Source: an uncultured Acidimicrobiales bacterium (GTDB lineage: Bacteria; Actinomycetota; Acidimicrobiia; Acidimicrobiales; SZUA-35). From it: a stretch of DNA of 64,000 nt. This document shows positions 48,901-58,056 of the stretch, in pieces (within the stretch, counting starts at the first letter, position 1; each line of letters starts with the position of its first letter). The stretch spans positions 221 to 64,220 of the forward strand of contig CALGOA010000050.1 of the NCBI GenBank assembly GCA_937958015.1, read 5' to 3'. Below the pieces are notes generated by a model, which worked only from the letters and a program-made list of their open reading frames with translations, was not told where the DNA came from and did no database searches. Made by a program: the position numbers and the translations under genes.

Positions 48901-49664
48901 CGCCGAAACATCTGACAGACCTTGGTAGGGCTACGTGGGCCCATCAATTTGATCACGGTCAGGCAATACGACTTGGTATCGGGTCGGTGCGGGGGATCGG
49001 TGATGACCTGGCCGAGACCATCGCCACCAACCGGCCATATCGCTCGATCGAAGAGGTGGCCCGCAAGACCGGCGCCAGCAAGGAACAGATGGAGGCTTTG
49101 GCAACCGCCGGTTGTTTCGATTCGTTCGGTTCGGATCGTCGTCAGGCTCTCTGGACCGCCGGTGCGGTGTCGGCCGCCAACCGGCCCGGCACCCTGCCGG
49201 GCATCGTGACCGGTGTCCACGCCCCACAGTTGCCAGGTATGGAGGATCAGGAGGAAGCTCTCGCTGATCTGTGGGCGACAGGAGTGGCTCCGGAGGGCCA
49301 CCCCACCATCTTTGTGCGGGACGAACTCAACGATCTGGGTGCACTGAGAGCGACCGACCTTCAACGGATCGATCAGGGCAAGAAGGTGATGGTTGGTGGA
49401 GTTGTTACCCATCGTCAGCGTCCGGCGACCGCATCGGGGGTTACCTTCATGAGCCTCGAGGACGAAACGGGTTTAATGAATGTGGTGATCAGCGTCGGTT
49501 GCTGGGCTCGATTCCGGCGGGTAGCTCGTAATCACCCGGCTCTGTTGATTCGGGGCCGCCTGGAACGGACCGAGACCGGGGGCACCCCGGTCGTAAATAT
49601 CGTGGCTGAACGGCTCGACCCGTTGGTGCTTGGGTCGGGGTCGATGTCACGCGACTTCCGATAG
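45948..49664 (+). CDS. dnaE2: Error-prone DNA polymerase DnaE2
   Basis: PHP YAELHCHS.FSFLDG, GRGSAANS, PPDIDLD, KFDLLGLGML, YGFPESH, C-terminal SRDFR. Confidence 0.96.
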   Translation: MGWMNPPKPWKEIEQALSDRPIQTPVQKEDFPAWANGGDSPAWSRKRHSYEAPEGLRGMRGATPYAELHCHSSFSFLDGASDPEDLVEEAARLGLEALAITDHDGFYAVPRFAEAAKAVGLPTIFGAELSMGIPRPPKSGADPAPDPHGAHLLLLARDPKGYAALARVISESQLAGEKTAPNMTFADLDRWLQPGEARHLLALTGCRKGTVRSALEAEGPAAADRELSHLIDVFGADGVVVELWDHGSPLDSARNDALVQLAARRGLAVVASNNVHYATPAKHKLASAMAAVRSRSSLDDMAGWLPPSAGAHLRSGAEQSRRFARYPGSVEMAAEIGLSCAFDLALVAPQLPPYPTPDGMDEMAFLRHLVEEGGVHRYGTRGDECVPGAWKQLDHELDLIEHLGFAGYFLVVWDIVEFCRNADILCQGRGSAANSAVCYVLGITKADAVSLGLLFERFLAPERDGPPDIDLDIESDRREEAIQYVYEKHGRRHAAQVANVITYRSRSAVRDAAKALGYAPGQQDAFSKSIDGWTGLKAQVCAERASAGAPVVARQQRGNSSGYSSGPAPEPLPSARVATRQRGTRGGEQGQGSELPDDVVELAMEFENLPRHLGIHSGGMVMCDRPVIEVCPVEWGRMQDRTVLQWDKEDCAIAGLVKFDLLGLGMLSALHYAVDLIEEHHDTRLDLAALPQEDEVYEMLCRADSVGVFQIESRAQMSTLPRLKPRNFYDLVVEIALIRPGPIQGGSVHPYIRRRNGQEPVTYLHPLLKPALEKTLGIPLFQEQLMQMAIDVSGFSPAEADELRRAMGSKRSVARMTNLKERLCAGMAERGIDEDIQEQIWVKLVAFANYGFPESHSISFAYLVYASSWIKLHYPAAFCAALLNAQPMGFYSPHSLVQDARRHGVPTLTPDINLSGADADLCYPSGGRSVATEAQPPGVPQGAPSDVTGPNNPSLIPPGGRNDCSVATEAQPLDVPQSAPSDSVPPKHLTDLGRATWAHQFDHGQAIRLGIGSVRGIGDDLAETIATNRPYRSIEEVARKTGASKEQMEALATAGCFDSFGSDRRQALWTAGAVSAANRPGTLPGIVTGVHAPQLPGMEDQEEALADLWATGVAPEGHPTIFVRDELNDLGALRATDLQRIDQGKKVMVGGVVTHRQRPATASGVTFMSLEDETGLMNVVISVGCWARFRRVARNHPALLIRGRLERTETGGTPVVNIVAERLDPLVLGSGSMSRDFR
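47679..47712 (+). repeat. In-frame copy of the imuB-associated repeat inside dnaE2
   Basis: gcgacccggcagcgaggaacgaggggaggcgagc, 32/34 identical to 33751-33784. Confidence 0.8.
48730..48893 (+). repeat. Two 56-bp palindrome-containing direct repeats in frame inside dnaE2
   Basis: 48730-48785 vs 48838-48893, 53/56 identical, 108 bp apart; core hairpin cggaggc-gca-gcctccg. Confidence 0.88.
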
Positions 49665-49709
49665 CTGCACGCCTGCACAAGCAGAGCGATCTTGACCTAA
49701 CGTCGAGCC

Positions 49710-49955
49710 ATGGGTTTCGTGCGAAACAAAGTCAGCAGTCGGTTTCCGGCGCTCGGTCGACTAGGCGACATCGTGCTCGTCGGCGGCGTTGTCCTTCGCT
49801 TCGCCAATCGTCGGGGTCTCATAAGCGACCAGACGGCTGCGAAGTTCGGTGCCCCCAGCAGTCCGGGTGGATCCGGCCTGTCGGTCAGTGAAATGGCTCT
49901 CGCTGGCGCCGCCGCCCTCCGGCTTCTCAAGGGCATGCAGAAGCGCAAGTCCTAA
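49710..49955 (+). CDS. Small hypothetical protein
   Basis: 81 aa; TAACGT-N6-ATG leaderless signature; fills the gap between genes. Confidence 0.6.
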   Translation: MGFVRNKVSSRFPALGRLGDIVLVGGVVLRFANRRGLISDQTAAKFGAPSSPGGSGLSVSEMALAGAAALRLLKGMQKRKS

Positions 49956-49995
49956 CCCTTCTTGACGGTGACGGGTCGCGCCCTATTGTGAACCC

Positions 49996-50697
49996 ATGAG
50001 CCTCGAGACGTTTCCAGAGGACTGGACCAACGGTCTTGCGATAATCGCCCACCCCGATGACATGGAGTACGGAGCTGCGGCGGCGGTGGCACGGTGGACT
50101 CAACAGGGCAAACGAGTGAGCTACGTCCTGGTGACCGACGGCGAGGCTGGCATCAACTCGATGCATCCCGATGAGGTGGGTCCATTGCGCCGAGCCGAGC
50201 AGATTGCGGCCTGTGAGGAGGTTGGCGTCGAAACTGTCGAATTCCTCGGCCTTCCCGATGGGTTACTGGAGGAGGGTCTCGAACTTCGAGCCGCCCTGTG
50301 TGAACCGATCCGAAAGCATCAACCCGACGTCGTTCTCACGCTCAACTATCGCGACTCCTGGGGTGGTCCAAGTTGGAATCACCCCGACCACCGGGCCGTT
50401 GGTCGGAGTCTGCTGGATGCGGTGCGGGATGCCGCCAACCCGTGGATCTTTCCCGAAGCGGGTCCGGCCTGGGACGGTGTTCGACTCACTGCGTTCTCCG
50501 GAAGCCCAGAGCCGACCCACGGGGTGGATGTCACCGAGACGTTCAGCGCCGGCGTCGAATCGTTGGCCCGCCACACGGTGTATCTCGAGAACCTCGACGG
50601 TGACATGGCGTCTCCCGATGCGTTCCTGCGGGGAGCAGCCACCGCTTCGGGGGAGCAGATGGGTGTCGAGCTGGCCACTACCTTCGAGGTCAGGTAG
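49996..50697 (+). CDS. PIG-L/LmbE family deacetylase
   Basis: AHPDD.EYG, TDGEAG, HPDH; TATTGT-N6-ATG. Confidence 0.9.
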   Translation: MSLETFPEDWTNGLAIIAHPDDMEYGAAAAVARWTQQGKRVSYVLVTDGEAGINSMHPDEVGPLRRAEQIAACEEVGVETVEFLGLPDGLLEEGLELRAALCEPIRKHQPDVVLTLNYRDSWGGPSWNHPDHRAVGRSLLDAVRDAANPWIFPEAGPAWDGVRLTAFSGSPEPTHGVDVTETFSAGVESLARHTVYLENLDGDMASPDAFLRGAATASGEQMGVELATTFEVR

Positions 50698-50704
50698 GTC
50701 TCCC

Positions 50705-51019
50705 GTGGCGCTTCACTATCTTCTCGATGCCGCTGTGAACGAACTACTCGACGCGTGGTGCAAACACGACGATCTACGGGTCGGCGGACGAGCCGATCAT
50801 GCCCAATTGGCGAAGAGCCGCTGGAAGCTCGAGGCCGCCCGGGAGCGGGCCCAGCAGTTGCGTTCGGCGTTGTGTCCGATGGGTGAGATCATTCGACCGG
50901 GTTCCGTGGTGGCGTACTGTTCCACGCTCGATCAGGTGGTCGTCGTGGATCGCACCGGTGACGGCGCATGTATCTGTGGCCACGCGGTCGAGGGTTTGGG
51001 GCCGCCAGCGGCCTCGTAG
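50705..51019 (+). CDS. Small Cys-containing hypothetical protein
   Basis: GTG 7 nt after the upstream stop with RBS-like aggtagg; 104 aa, 5 Cys including CICG. Confidence 0.5.
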   Translation: MALHYLLDAAVNELLDAWCKHDDLRVGGRADHAQLAKSRWKLEAARERAQQLRSALCPMGEIIRPGSVVAYCSTLDQVVVVDRTGDGACICGHAVEGLGPPAAS

Positions 51020-51263
51020 GGCCGTTGCTCTTGAACTCTGCGACAGTCCCGACTCGGACCTGTTGGAGCCACCACCGAACGGCGCGGACTCGCACCCATC
51101 GAGAAAGACCATTCGGTTCTCTACGAGAAAGGGTGGCACCGGTTCGAGCCGGAACTGTGCAGATAACCCGGCGGCATCCCGGGTCTGGGATCACGTTAAG
51201 TGGTTGAAACTCACTGTAGGTAGAGGAAATCCACCTGCCAAAACAGGTGGTTAGGCTCTATTG

Positions 51264-52073
51264 GTGGTAGCCGACGAGTTCAGTGTCCATGCGGTTCCGA
51301 TCTCGCCAGCTTCGACGGTTCTCCTCTTGGACGACCGCCCCGAACTGCATGTGTTGATGGTGAAACGCACGAGTCGGGTGGCGTTTGCCCCTGATGCCTG
51401 GGTTTTTCCCGGTGGGCGGGTCGATCCCGACGACGACGATCCCCGGCTCTGGAGTGCGTGTGACCACCTCGACGACGTCGCGGCCTCGGATCGCCTGCAG
51501 CTTCGGTCGGGTGGTCTTGCCTGGTGGGTCGCGGTCGTGCGGGAAACCCTCGAGGAGGCGGGGCTGCTGTTGGGAACCTCGCAGGGACTCGACGAGGCCG
51601 CTCTGGCCGAGCGGATCCGTCGTGACCCGCACTGTTTTGGCACCCTCGTGGAAGAGAACAACATCCGTTTCGACTGTTCGCTGATTCAGGAAGTGGCTCA
51701 GTTCATCACCCCGCTGGGCCCGCCCCGGCGCTTCGACGCCCGTTTCTTCGTTGCCAGAATGCCCGGCGGTCAGACCCCGGACCACGACAACGGTGAAGTG
51801 GTGGCAACCAGGTGGGTGCAGCCCCATGAGGCCCTCGAACGACATGAGCGGGGCGAGTTCGAGATGATCTCACCCACGGTTCGGATGCTCGACTCACTTC
51901 AGGCGTTTGATTCGGTCGATCACGTGATGCAGGTGGCTGCTGAACGGCGGGAGTACCAGACGATCCGGATTCGCAATCCTGAGACCGAGTATCGGGCTGT
52001 GGTCCCGGGCGACGACGGCTACGAGACGGCGCGTTCGGACATCGAAAAGGGTTGGATCCGCCTGTATCGCTGA
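51264..52073 (+). CDS. NUDIX hydrolase (NUDT19-like)
   Basis: VFPGGRVD, VRETLEEAG, ITP....RRFDARFF, PT; TAGGCT-N6-GTG. Confidence 0.87.
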   Translation: MVADEFSVHAVPISPASTVLLLDDRPELHVLMVKRTSRVAFAPDAWVFPGGRVDPDDDDPRLWSACDHLDDVAASDRLQLRSGGLAWWVAVVRETLEEAGLLLGTSQGLDEAALAERIRRDPHCFGTLVEENNIRFDCSLIQEVAQFITPLGPPRRFDARFFVARMPGGQTPDHDNGEVVATRWVQPHEALERHERGEFEMISPTVRMLDSLQAFDSVDHVMQVAAERREYQTIRIRNPETEYRAVVPGDDGYETARSDIEKGWIRLYR

Positions 52074-52089
52074 GGTTAGCGAGTCGAGG

Positions 52090-52716
52090 TTAGGGCGCCT
52101 TGGAATCGATGCGCATCAGCACGGTCGCCGAATCGATCGAACGGGCAGCGATCTCGTCCCATGCCGTATTGCCGGGCGCTCCCGGTGAAACCCCGGATGG
52201 CTGACCCAGCGCATACAACCGGAACTGAAGGTCCCGCCGACCGTTCTGGAACGACTCCAGACACGGATTTCCCCAGCCGGGCTGCCCATAGTCATTGAGC
52301 GTCTCGAACGAACCTGCTGGCAGATCGCCCTGGGCCAACACTCCGGCGGCAGGATCGATGCCAGCCATCAACCACAGCAACAGCGGGCTCTGCGGGTCGG
52401 TTTGATCGCTCAGCGTGATCGCCAATTCGGATGCGCCCTCGGGAACGTTCGACCATTGGAAACCCGGATGCAGGTTCACGCCGCCGCTGCACGTGGCGCT
52501 GACCGGCGCTTCGCCGCCCGGTTCAAAGTCGGGCGAGGACACGGTCATGCCTTCGAACCCGTCACTCTGGTTCGGCGCCGAGGTGGGTGGGAGCGGACGC
52601 GTAGTGGTGGTCTGATCAGGACTGGGCGTTGCGAGGTCCTTGCCATCGGTGGCGCAGCCGCTGGCGATGACGAGCAGCGCGATCACCACCAATTTGAACA
52701 CTGCCCGAATCCTCAT
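52090..52716 (-). CDS. YbhB/YbcL (PEBP/Raf kinase inhibitor-like) lipoprotein
   Basis: Lipobox IASGC; S.DF..G, TC.G....P...WS.VP, ND.G..GW..PC, FRLYAL. Confidence 0.8.
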   Translation of the reverse strand: MRIRAVFKLVVIALLVIASGCATDGKDLATPSPDQTTTTRPLPPTSAPNQSDGFEGMTVSSPDFEPGGEAPVSATCSGGVNLHPGFQWSNVPEGASELAITLSDQTDPQSPLLLWLMAGIDPAAGVLAQGDLPAGSFETLNDYGQPGWGNPCLESFQNGRRDLQFRLYALGQPSGVSPGAPGNTAWDEIAARSIDSATVLMRIDSKAP

Positions 52717-52801
52717 CGGGCCAAATAGTAGTAGGTGGCTCATGTGGTACTGAGCCGCCCGGGCGCGGTTCGTGTCGTTGGGTGTTCTACGATCGTCAAC
52801 C

Positions 52802-54073
52802 GTGGCTACCCGTCGTCTCCGGTCGGTGGGGCGGGTTCGCCTCACGGTCCCCAGGCTTCGTTGGCGACCACTCGGCGGCATCCTCGGCCCCGCCAAAGGA
52901 GACGCCGGCCAGAGTCTGGCGGCCCTCACCTTCAGCGCCGTGACCAGTGTGGTGGCCGGTCTGACCCTGGCATCGCAGGAAGATCAGATCGCGATGTTGC
53001 CCGGTCTCCTGCTGTTCATCCCGCCTGCGATCGGCCTACGGGGAAACGTTTTCGGGCCATTGGGGAGCCGGCTCTCCACCAATATCCAGATGGGTACGTT
53101 CTCGTGGACCTGGAAGCTCGACTCGGTTCTGGGCCAGAACCTGGTGGCCGTGCTGGTGAATTCGTTGGCGGCGAGCCTCGGGATCTCGCTCTTGGCCGAA
53201 TTGCTGGCGCTCTTTCTCCGGAACGGCACCGTGCCCCCAATCGGATTCAGCGACTTCGTGGTGGCCGGCGTATTGGGTGGAATCCTCGCGTCGGTTGTGG
53301 TGCTCGGATTCACGCTGGCGCTTACCTTCGCAGCGGTCCGACTCGATCTTGACCTGGACAACGTGGTGGCACCGATGGTCACCGCCGCGGGCGATCTGAT
53401 CACCCTTCCCGCACTGGTGCTGTCGCTGGTCCTGGTTCGGCGGGGTGCGCTCACCAACATCACCGCCGCCGTGCTGAGCATCGGCACGTTGCTTCTGATG
53501 TTGTGGCTGGTTCGAGCGGGTCCAACGGGAGCGCGAAGAATCGTGGGGGAGTCGCTTCCGGTTCTGATGATCGCGGGAGCGCTGAGCTTGATCGCCGGTG
53601 TCGCCATAGAGGCTTCCGACGAACGTCTGAGTTGGGTTCTGCTGGTGCTGCTACCCGGCTATCTGGGTACGGCCGGGGCGCTCGGTGGAATCTTGGCCAA
53701 TCGCTTGTCGACCAAGGTGCATCTCGGAATCGTTCAGTTTTCGCCGATTCCGTCGGCTGAAGCTCGAAGCGACATGGCCTTCACCGCGGCTCTGGCTGCA
53801 CCGATCTTCGCCTTCCTCGCCATCGTCGCCCAACTCACCGCCAACGTCGCCGGCCAGGAAACGCCGGGACTGCTCATGCTCATGGCGGTCGCCCTCACGG
53901 GCGGGCTGGCGGCCACGGTCTTCGTTCTCGCCATCGCCTACTACGGCACGTTGGCAACCGTTCGGTTCGGACTCGATCCGGACAACACCGGCATACCACT
54001 TGTGACAGCTGCCCTCGACGTGGTCGGAGCCCTGTCGTTGGTCGTAGCCGTGGTCGTTTGGAGGGTGGCGTGA
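52802..54073 (+). CDS. MgtE-type divalent cation transporter (two membrane domains, no CBS domains)
   Basis: Duplicated motifs RGN.FG..GSRLST / G.LGG..ANRLST and DLDNV.AP.VT..GD / DPDN..IP.VT..LD. Confidence 0.85.
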   Translation: MATRRLRSVGRVRLTVPRLRWRPLGGILGPAKGDAGQSLAALTFSAVTSVVAGLTLASQEDQIAMLPGLLLFIPPAIGLRGNVFGPLGSRLSTNIQMGTFSWTWKLDSVLGQNLVAVLVNSLAASLGISLLAELLALFLRNGTVPPIGFSDFVVAGVLGGILASVVVLGFTLALTFAAVRLDLDLDNVVAPMVTAAGDLITLPALVLSLVLVRRGALTNITAAVLSIGTLLLMLWLVRAGPTGARRIVGESLPVLMIAGALSLIAGVAIEASDERLSWVLLVLLPGYLGTAGALGGILANRLSTKVHLGIVQFSPIPSAEARSDMAFTAALAAPIFAFLAIVAQLTANVAGQETPGLLMLMAVALTGGLAATVFVLAIAYYGTLATVRFGLDPDNTGIPLVTAALDVVGALSLVVAVVVWRVA

Positions 54074-54162
54074 CACCGCAAATGAGTGATAGCACTGATC
54101 TACGGTCTGTGAGCGTTGAGCGCTCCGGGCCCTTACCCCGGAAGAGAAGGCATCTGCCCTGA
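54070..54162 (+). other. 30-aa MIRU-like mini-ORF bridging two genes
   Basis: GTG overlaps the upstream TGA (GTGA) and its TGA overlaps the downstream ATG (TGATG); encodes MTPQMSDSTDLRSVSVERSGPLPRKRRHLP. Confidence 0.5.
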
Positions 54163-55382
54163 TGGACAGCCGAAATATGCGGACGATGCTCGCGGAAGCG
54201 AAAGACACCAGCGAGCTGATGGTCGACCTGGCCTACGCCGCCCTGTACTTCAACGATCCTGACATGGCCGATGAGGTCGCCAGCCTCGAGGCCACTCTGA
54301 ACCAACTCGTCTACGACATGCGGGCTCTCTGCATCGTGGCGGTCCGCCATCCGAAAGAGGCCGAGTCGATGGCGGCGGTGTTGCAGGTCGTGGCTGCGGT
54401 CGAGCGCATTGGAGACGATGCCGTCGACATCACCCGGATCGTGACCCGAAAGCTCGGTATTCCCCTCGATCTGGTCAACGATCTGTCGAACGCCGAGGAG
54501 GTAAGTCACCGACTGATGATCGCCCCCGGCTCCAGCTTCGCGAATCAACCGCTCAGCGCTTTCGAACTGCCGACCACGGTTGGCATGCGGGCGATGGCGG
54601 TCCGCCGGGAGCGGGACTGGATCGTCGACCCCACCGGCGACTTCGTGCTGGTCGCCGATGACGTGATCATCTTCCGCGGTTCGCCCGATGCGATCCCGAA
54701 CCTTCGTGAACTCGCCGGTGCGCCGGAGTGGCGACCGCCAGAATTGGAGGAGCCAACGGTTCTGACCGACTTTGACCGCGCCATCGACACCCTGGTGGAG
54801 ATGAAGGATCTCTCCGAAGTTGCAGTAGGTCTGGCGTACTCCACGCTGGTGTTGCAGGACCGCAGCCTCGCCGCCGAGGTTCGTCACCTCGAAGACCGTT
54901 TGGACGAGATGAACAATCGGCTCGAGTTGTGGGTCTTGCGGGCTGCGGGCGACTACGCCGGGGATCCCGGACAGTTACGTGGATTGCTGCAGTTGGCCCG
55001 GGCCGCAGAAGACATCGGCGATCAGGCCCAGCAGATGGTGTGGTTGGTGGAGAAAAGCTCCGAACTTCATCCGGTGCTCAGCATGGCGCTCGGCGACGCC
55101 GACGACGTCTTCATTCGGCTTCCGATAGGCAGTGGAAGTCAGATGGATGGTGCCTCGCTGGTGTCGCTTGCCCTTCCAGTGGAGCCCGGGTTCGCCGTCC
55201 TGGCGGTCGAACGAGACGACCGATACCAGTACCGGCCGCGAGGGACTGCGCAGCTACAGGCCGGCGATCACATCTTGGCCACCGGCCCCGAGGAGGGCCA
55301 GGAGGCGCTGGCCGAGATGGCTGGGTGGCGACTCGTCGAGGACGAAGACACCGGAGAAATCGAGCTCGAACCGCTCGCCTAG
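54162..55382 (+). CDS. PhoU + TrkA-C (RCK_C) duplicated-domain protein
   Basis: Two repeats of E.KD.SE..V.LAY...E.IGD.A, each followed by a TrkA-C domain. Confidence 0.85.
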   Translation: MDSRNMRTMLAEAKDTSELMVDLAYAALYFNDPDMADEVASLEATLNQLVYDMRALCIVAVRHPKEAESMAAVLQVVAAVERIGDDAVDITRIVTRKLGIPLDLVNDLSNAEEVSHRLMIAPGSSFANQPLSAFELPTTVGMRAMAVRRERDWIVDPTGDFVLVADDVIIFRGSPDAIPNLRELAGAPEWRPPELEEPTVLTDFDRAIDTLVEMKDLSEVAVGLAYSTLVLQDRSLAAEVRHLEDRLDEMNNRLELWVLRAAGDYAGDPGQLRGLLQLARAAEDIGDQAQQMVWLVEKSSELHPVLSMALGDADDVFIRLPIGSGSQMDGASLVSLALPVEPGFAVLAVERDDRYQYRPRGTAQLQAGDHILATGPEEGQEALAEMAGWRLVEDEDTGEIELEPLA

Positions 55383-55443
55383 CTCGGCAAACGGTCTGGT
55401 GCGGATGGACGCGAGCCCGTTTGTGGGCTTGGGTCCATCCGGT

Positions 55444-56616
55444 TTAGGAGCGGGGTGGTGGCGGGTTGAGGCGAGGGGCCGGTGGCACGTTTGAGGTGTC
55501 GATCGCCGGTTCGTCTAGTTCGGCCGCGATCTCGGTTGGCACACCCATCGTTTCGGCGATCTGTGCCGGCGCCGTGGCGGCAACCGCTGCTGCGGCAGAG
55601 GGGCGGGCCTGAATTTCGGGGGCGTCGGGCAGCGGTCGTTTGGTGCGTTCCTGCGCAGGCGCCTTGGGTTGACTGGCCGCTTCCTTGACCATCTCGGAGA
55701 TTCCACCGATCGCGCCCAGAGTCGAGCTCATGTCGGCCGGCAGGAAGATCTTGGTGGCCTGACCATTTGCCATCTGGGCCATGGTTTCGAGGTACTTGAT
55801 CGCGATTACGCGGTCGTCGGTGCCCGCTTCCTGGATGGCCCGGTACACCCGATCGATGGCGTCGGCTTCACCTTCGGCCACGATCGACTGGCGATACCGC
55901 TCGGCTTCGGCTCGGAGCCGGGTCGCTTCGGCTTCACCTTGGGCGTTAAGGACGTCCTTCTCTCGACGACCTTCGGCCGAGAGAATCGCAGCGGTCTTTT
56001 CACCTTCGGCTCTGGTAACGGCGGCCTCGCGGGAACCCATGGCTTCGGTAACAACGGCCCGTCGGGTTCGTTCCGCCTTCATCTGTTCGTGCATGGCGTG
56101 CATGACGTCGGCGGGTGGGTCGATGCGTTGGATCTCGACTCGAACAACCCGTACGCCCCACTTGTCGGTGGCGTCGTCGAGGATCTGACGCAACGCGCCG
56201 TTGACGCGTTCACGGGAGGTGAACGCCTCGTCCAAGGTCATTTCACCGATGACGTTTCGCAGGTTGGTCTGGGCGAGCTTGGTAACTGCGAGTTGGAAGT
56301 TGCTGATGTTGTAGAGCAGACGCTGGGGGTCGGTGGGCTCGAAGTACACCACGGCATCTACGGCGGCGGTCACGTTGTCCTGCGTGATGACTTCCTGCGG
56401 GGGCACGTCGATGACCTGCTCCCGCATGTCGACCGCGCGAAGACGATCGACGAACGGCACGATGATTCGTAGTCCGGGGTCGACGGTCTCTTTGAACTTT
56501 CCGAGCCGTTCGACCACACCCTTCTGATAGGGCTGCACGATCCGAACGCCGGTCGCGATGATCACCAGGCCGATGAGGCCCAGCAGTACGAGGATTCCGA
56601 GAAGAATCTCAATCAT
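55444..56616 (-). CDS. SPFH/stomatin-prohibitin family protein
   Basis: N-terminal TM, VERLG.F, Q.VIT.DN, T.LRN.IG, WG..V.RVEI, QMKAER. Confidence 0.92.
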   Translation of the reverse strand: MIEILLGILVLLGLIGLVIIATGVRIVQPYQKGVVERLGKFKETVDPGLRIIVPFVDRLRAVDMREQVIDVPPQEVITQDNVTAAVDAVVYFEPTDPQRLLYNISNFQLAVTKLAQTNLRNVIGEMTLDEAFTSRERVNGALRQILDDATDKWGVRVVRVEIQRIDPPADVMHAMHEQMKAERTRRAVVTEAMGSREAAVTRAEGEKTAAILSAEGRREKDVLNAQGEAEATRLRAEAERYRQSIVAEGEADAIDRVYRAIQEAGTDDRVIAIKYLETMAQMANGQATKIFLPADMSSTLGAIGGISEMVKEAASQPKAPAQERTKRPLPDAPEIQARPSAAAAVAATAPAQIAETMGVPTEIAAELDEPAIDTSNVPPAPRLNPPPPRS

Positions 56617-56636
56617 TGGGGGTATTCCTTTCGTGC

Positions 56637-57119
56637 CTATTTCGGCAGTTCACGCATCGATTCGTTGTAGAAGTCAGGCTCGACGACCACCCGGTTGCCG
56701 ATGACTTCGAGGATCTTGACGGCGGCGCCGGCTTCAAGCGAGGTCCCGTCTTCGGTGACAGCGGTCCAGACCTCGCCGCCGACCTTCACCTGTCCACTTA
56801 CGTCGCCGGTTCCGATCGCCCGGATCACGGTGGCGTCGTGACCGACCAGACGGTTGGCGCCAAACCCCTTGGGGTTGGGAAGGTCGATGTCCAGCTTGGT
56901 GATCAGCGGCTTGAGGAGGACGAATCCGCCGCCCGACAGGACGACGAAGACGAGCAGGCTGAGCAGTAGGGAAGCTCCTGCGAAGCTGGCCACCGCGGCT
57001 CCCGCAGCTCCAACGGCAAGAGGTAGAAGGAAGATGGTGCCAGTGATGGCGAGTTCGCCGAAGCCGAAGCCGGCCGCCGCGACCAGCCAAAGAATGGCCC
57101 AGAGCGTCGAGCTTTCCAT
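56637..57119 (-). CDS. NfeD family protein
   Basis: Three TMs plus OB-fold LVG..A.V...I....[10 protein letters not shown]; upstream of SPFH; TATCAT-N6-ATG. Confidence 0.88.
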   Translation of the reverse strand: MESSTLWAILWLVAAAGFGFGELAITGTIFLLPLAVGAAGAAVASFAGASLLLSLLVFVVLSGGGFVLLKPLITKLDIDLPNPKGFGANRLVGHDATVIRAIGTGDVSGQVKVGGEVWTAVTEDGTSLEAGAAVKILEVIGNRVVVEPDFYNESMRELPK

Positions 57120-57195
57120 CAACCAATGATAGTTGATGGAGTTCCAAGGTGTATGCCCGGTCAGAAGCCGACCCGCTTCGCCGTATCCTTCCGGG

Positions 57196-58056
57196 GTGGC
57201 CCGATTGATGTGCATCCACGCCCACCCAGACGATGAAGCGTCGAAGGGAGCGCCGACGATCGCCAAATATGTCTCCATGGGACATGAGGCGAGCCTGATC
57301 TGCGCCACCGGCGGTGAGGAAGGCGACATTCTGAACGCCGCGATGGACCGTCCGGAGATTCGCGAGAACCTTCATGAGGTCCGGATGGAAGAACTCGCCA
57401 ACTCGGTCAAGGCCATCGGGTATCACGAATGTGTGATGCTCGGATACCGGGACTCCGGCATGCCCGACACCGACGGCAATACCAACAGCGACTGTTTCGC
57501 CCAGGCGGACTTCGACGAGGCGGTCGGGCGTTTCGTCGCCGAGATCCGTCGTTTCCGGCCCCACGTGATTATCACCTATGCCGACGATCAACAGGGCTAT
57601 CAGCATCCCGATCATTTGATGGTCCACGACATCTCGATCCCGGCGTTCGATCGAGCCGGTGACCCCGCCTGGTACCCCGACGCCGGCGAACCGTGGAAAC
57701 CCCTGAAGCTCTACTACTCAATGTGGACCAGAGCGCGCATCACCGCATGGCACGCCAAGTACGAAGAGCTCGGACTCGAAAGCCCCTACGACGAGAAGTG
57801 GTTCGAGCGTCCGGACATGGACGGTCGAATCTCCACCAAGATCGAAATCGAGGAGTTCTACGGCGTTCGATCCAAAGCGCTGCTCGCTCACGCCACCCAG
57901 ATCGACCCGAACGAGAAGTTCTGGTTCGGATTGCCTGACGTAGAGGCGGCCAAGGCCTACCCATTCGAGGACTTTGTGCTGGCGTTGTCGCGGGTCCCCA
58001 GCGGCCAATACGAAACTGATCTACTCGAAGGTGTCGATGGCGGAGCCAAATTTTGA
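57196..58056 (+). CDS. mca: Mycothiol S-conjugate amidase
   Basis: HAHPDDEASKGA.T, TGGE.G.ILN, LGY.DSG, Y.HPDH, ALLAHATQIDP; TATCCT-N6-GTG. Confidence 0.88.
   Translation: MARLMCIHAHPDDEASKGAPTIAKYVSMGHEASLICATGGEEGDILNAAMDRPEIRENLHEVRMEELANSVKAIGYHECVMLGYRDSGMPDTDGNTNSDCFAQADFDEAVGRFVAEIRRFRPHVIITYADDQQGYQHPDHLMVHDISIPAFDRAGDPAWYPDAGEPWKPLKLYYSMWTRARITAWHAKYEELGLESPYDEKWFERPDMDGRISTKIEIEEFYGVRSKALLAHATQIDPNEKFWFGLPDVEAAKAYPFEDFVLALSRVPSGQYETDLLEGVDGGAKF

Noticed and set aside
47560-48960. Inteins in DnaE2 (both insertions begin near a Cys)
   Set aside because: Too short and low-complexity, with no terminal His-Asn followed by Cys/Ser/Thr and no splicing blocks.
51020-51260. Riboswitch or ncRNA in the 240-nt gap (hairpin ccacctg/caggtgg at 51231-51250)
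   Set aside because: No match to any aptamer consensus I recognise, and the downstream gene looks leaderless; an Rfam/Infernal scan would be needed.
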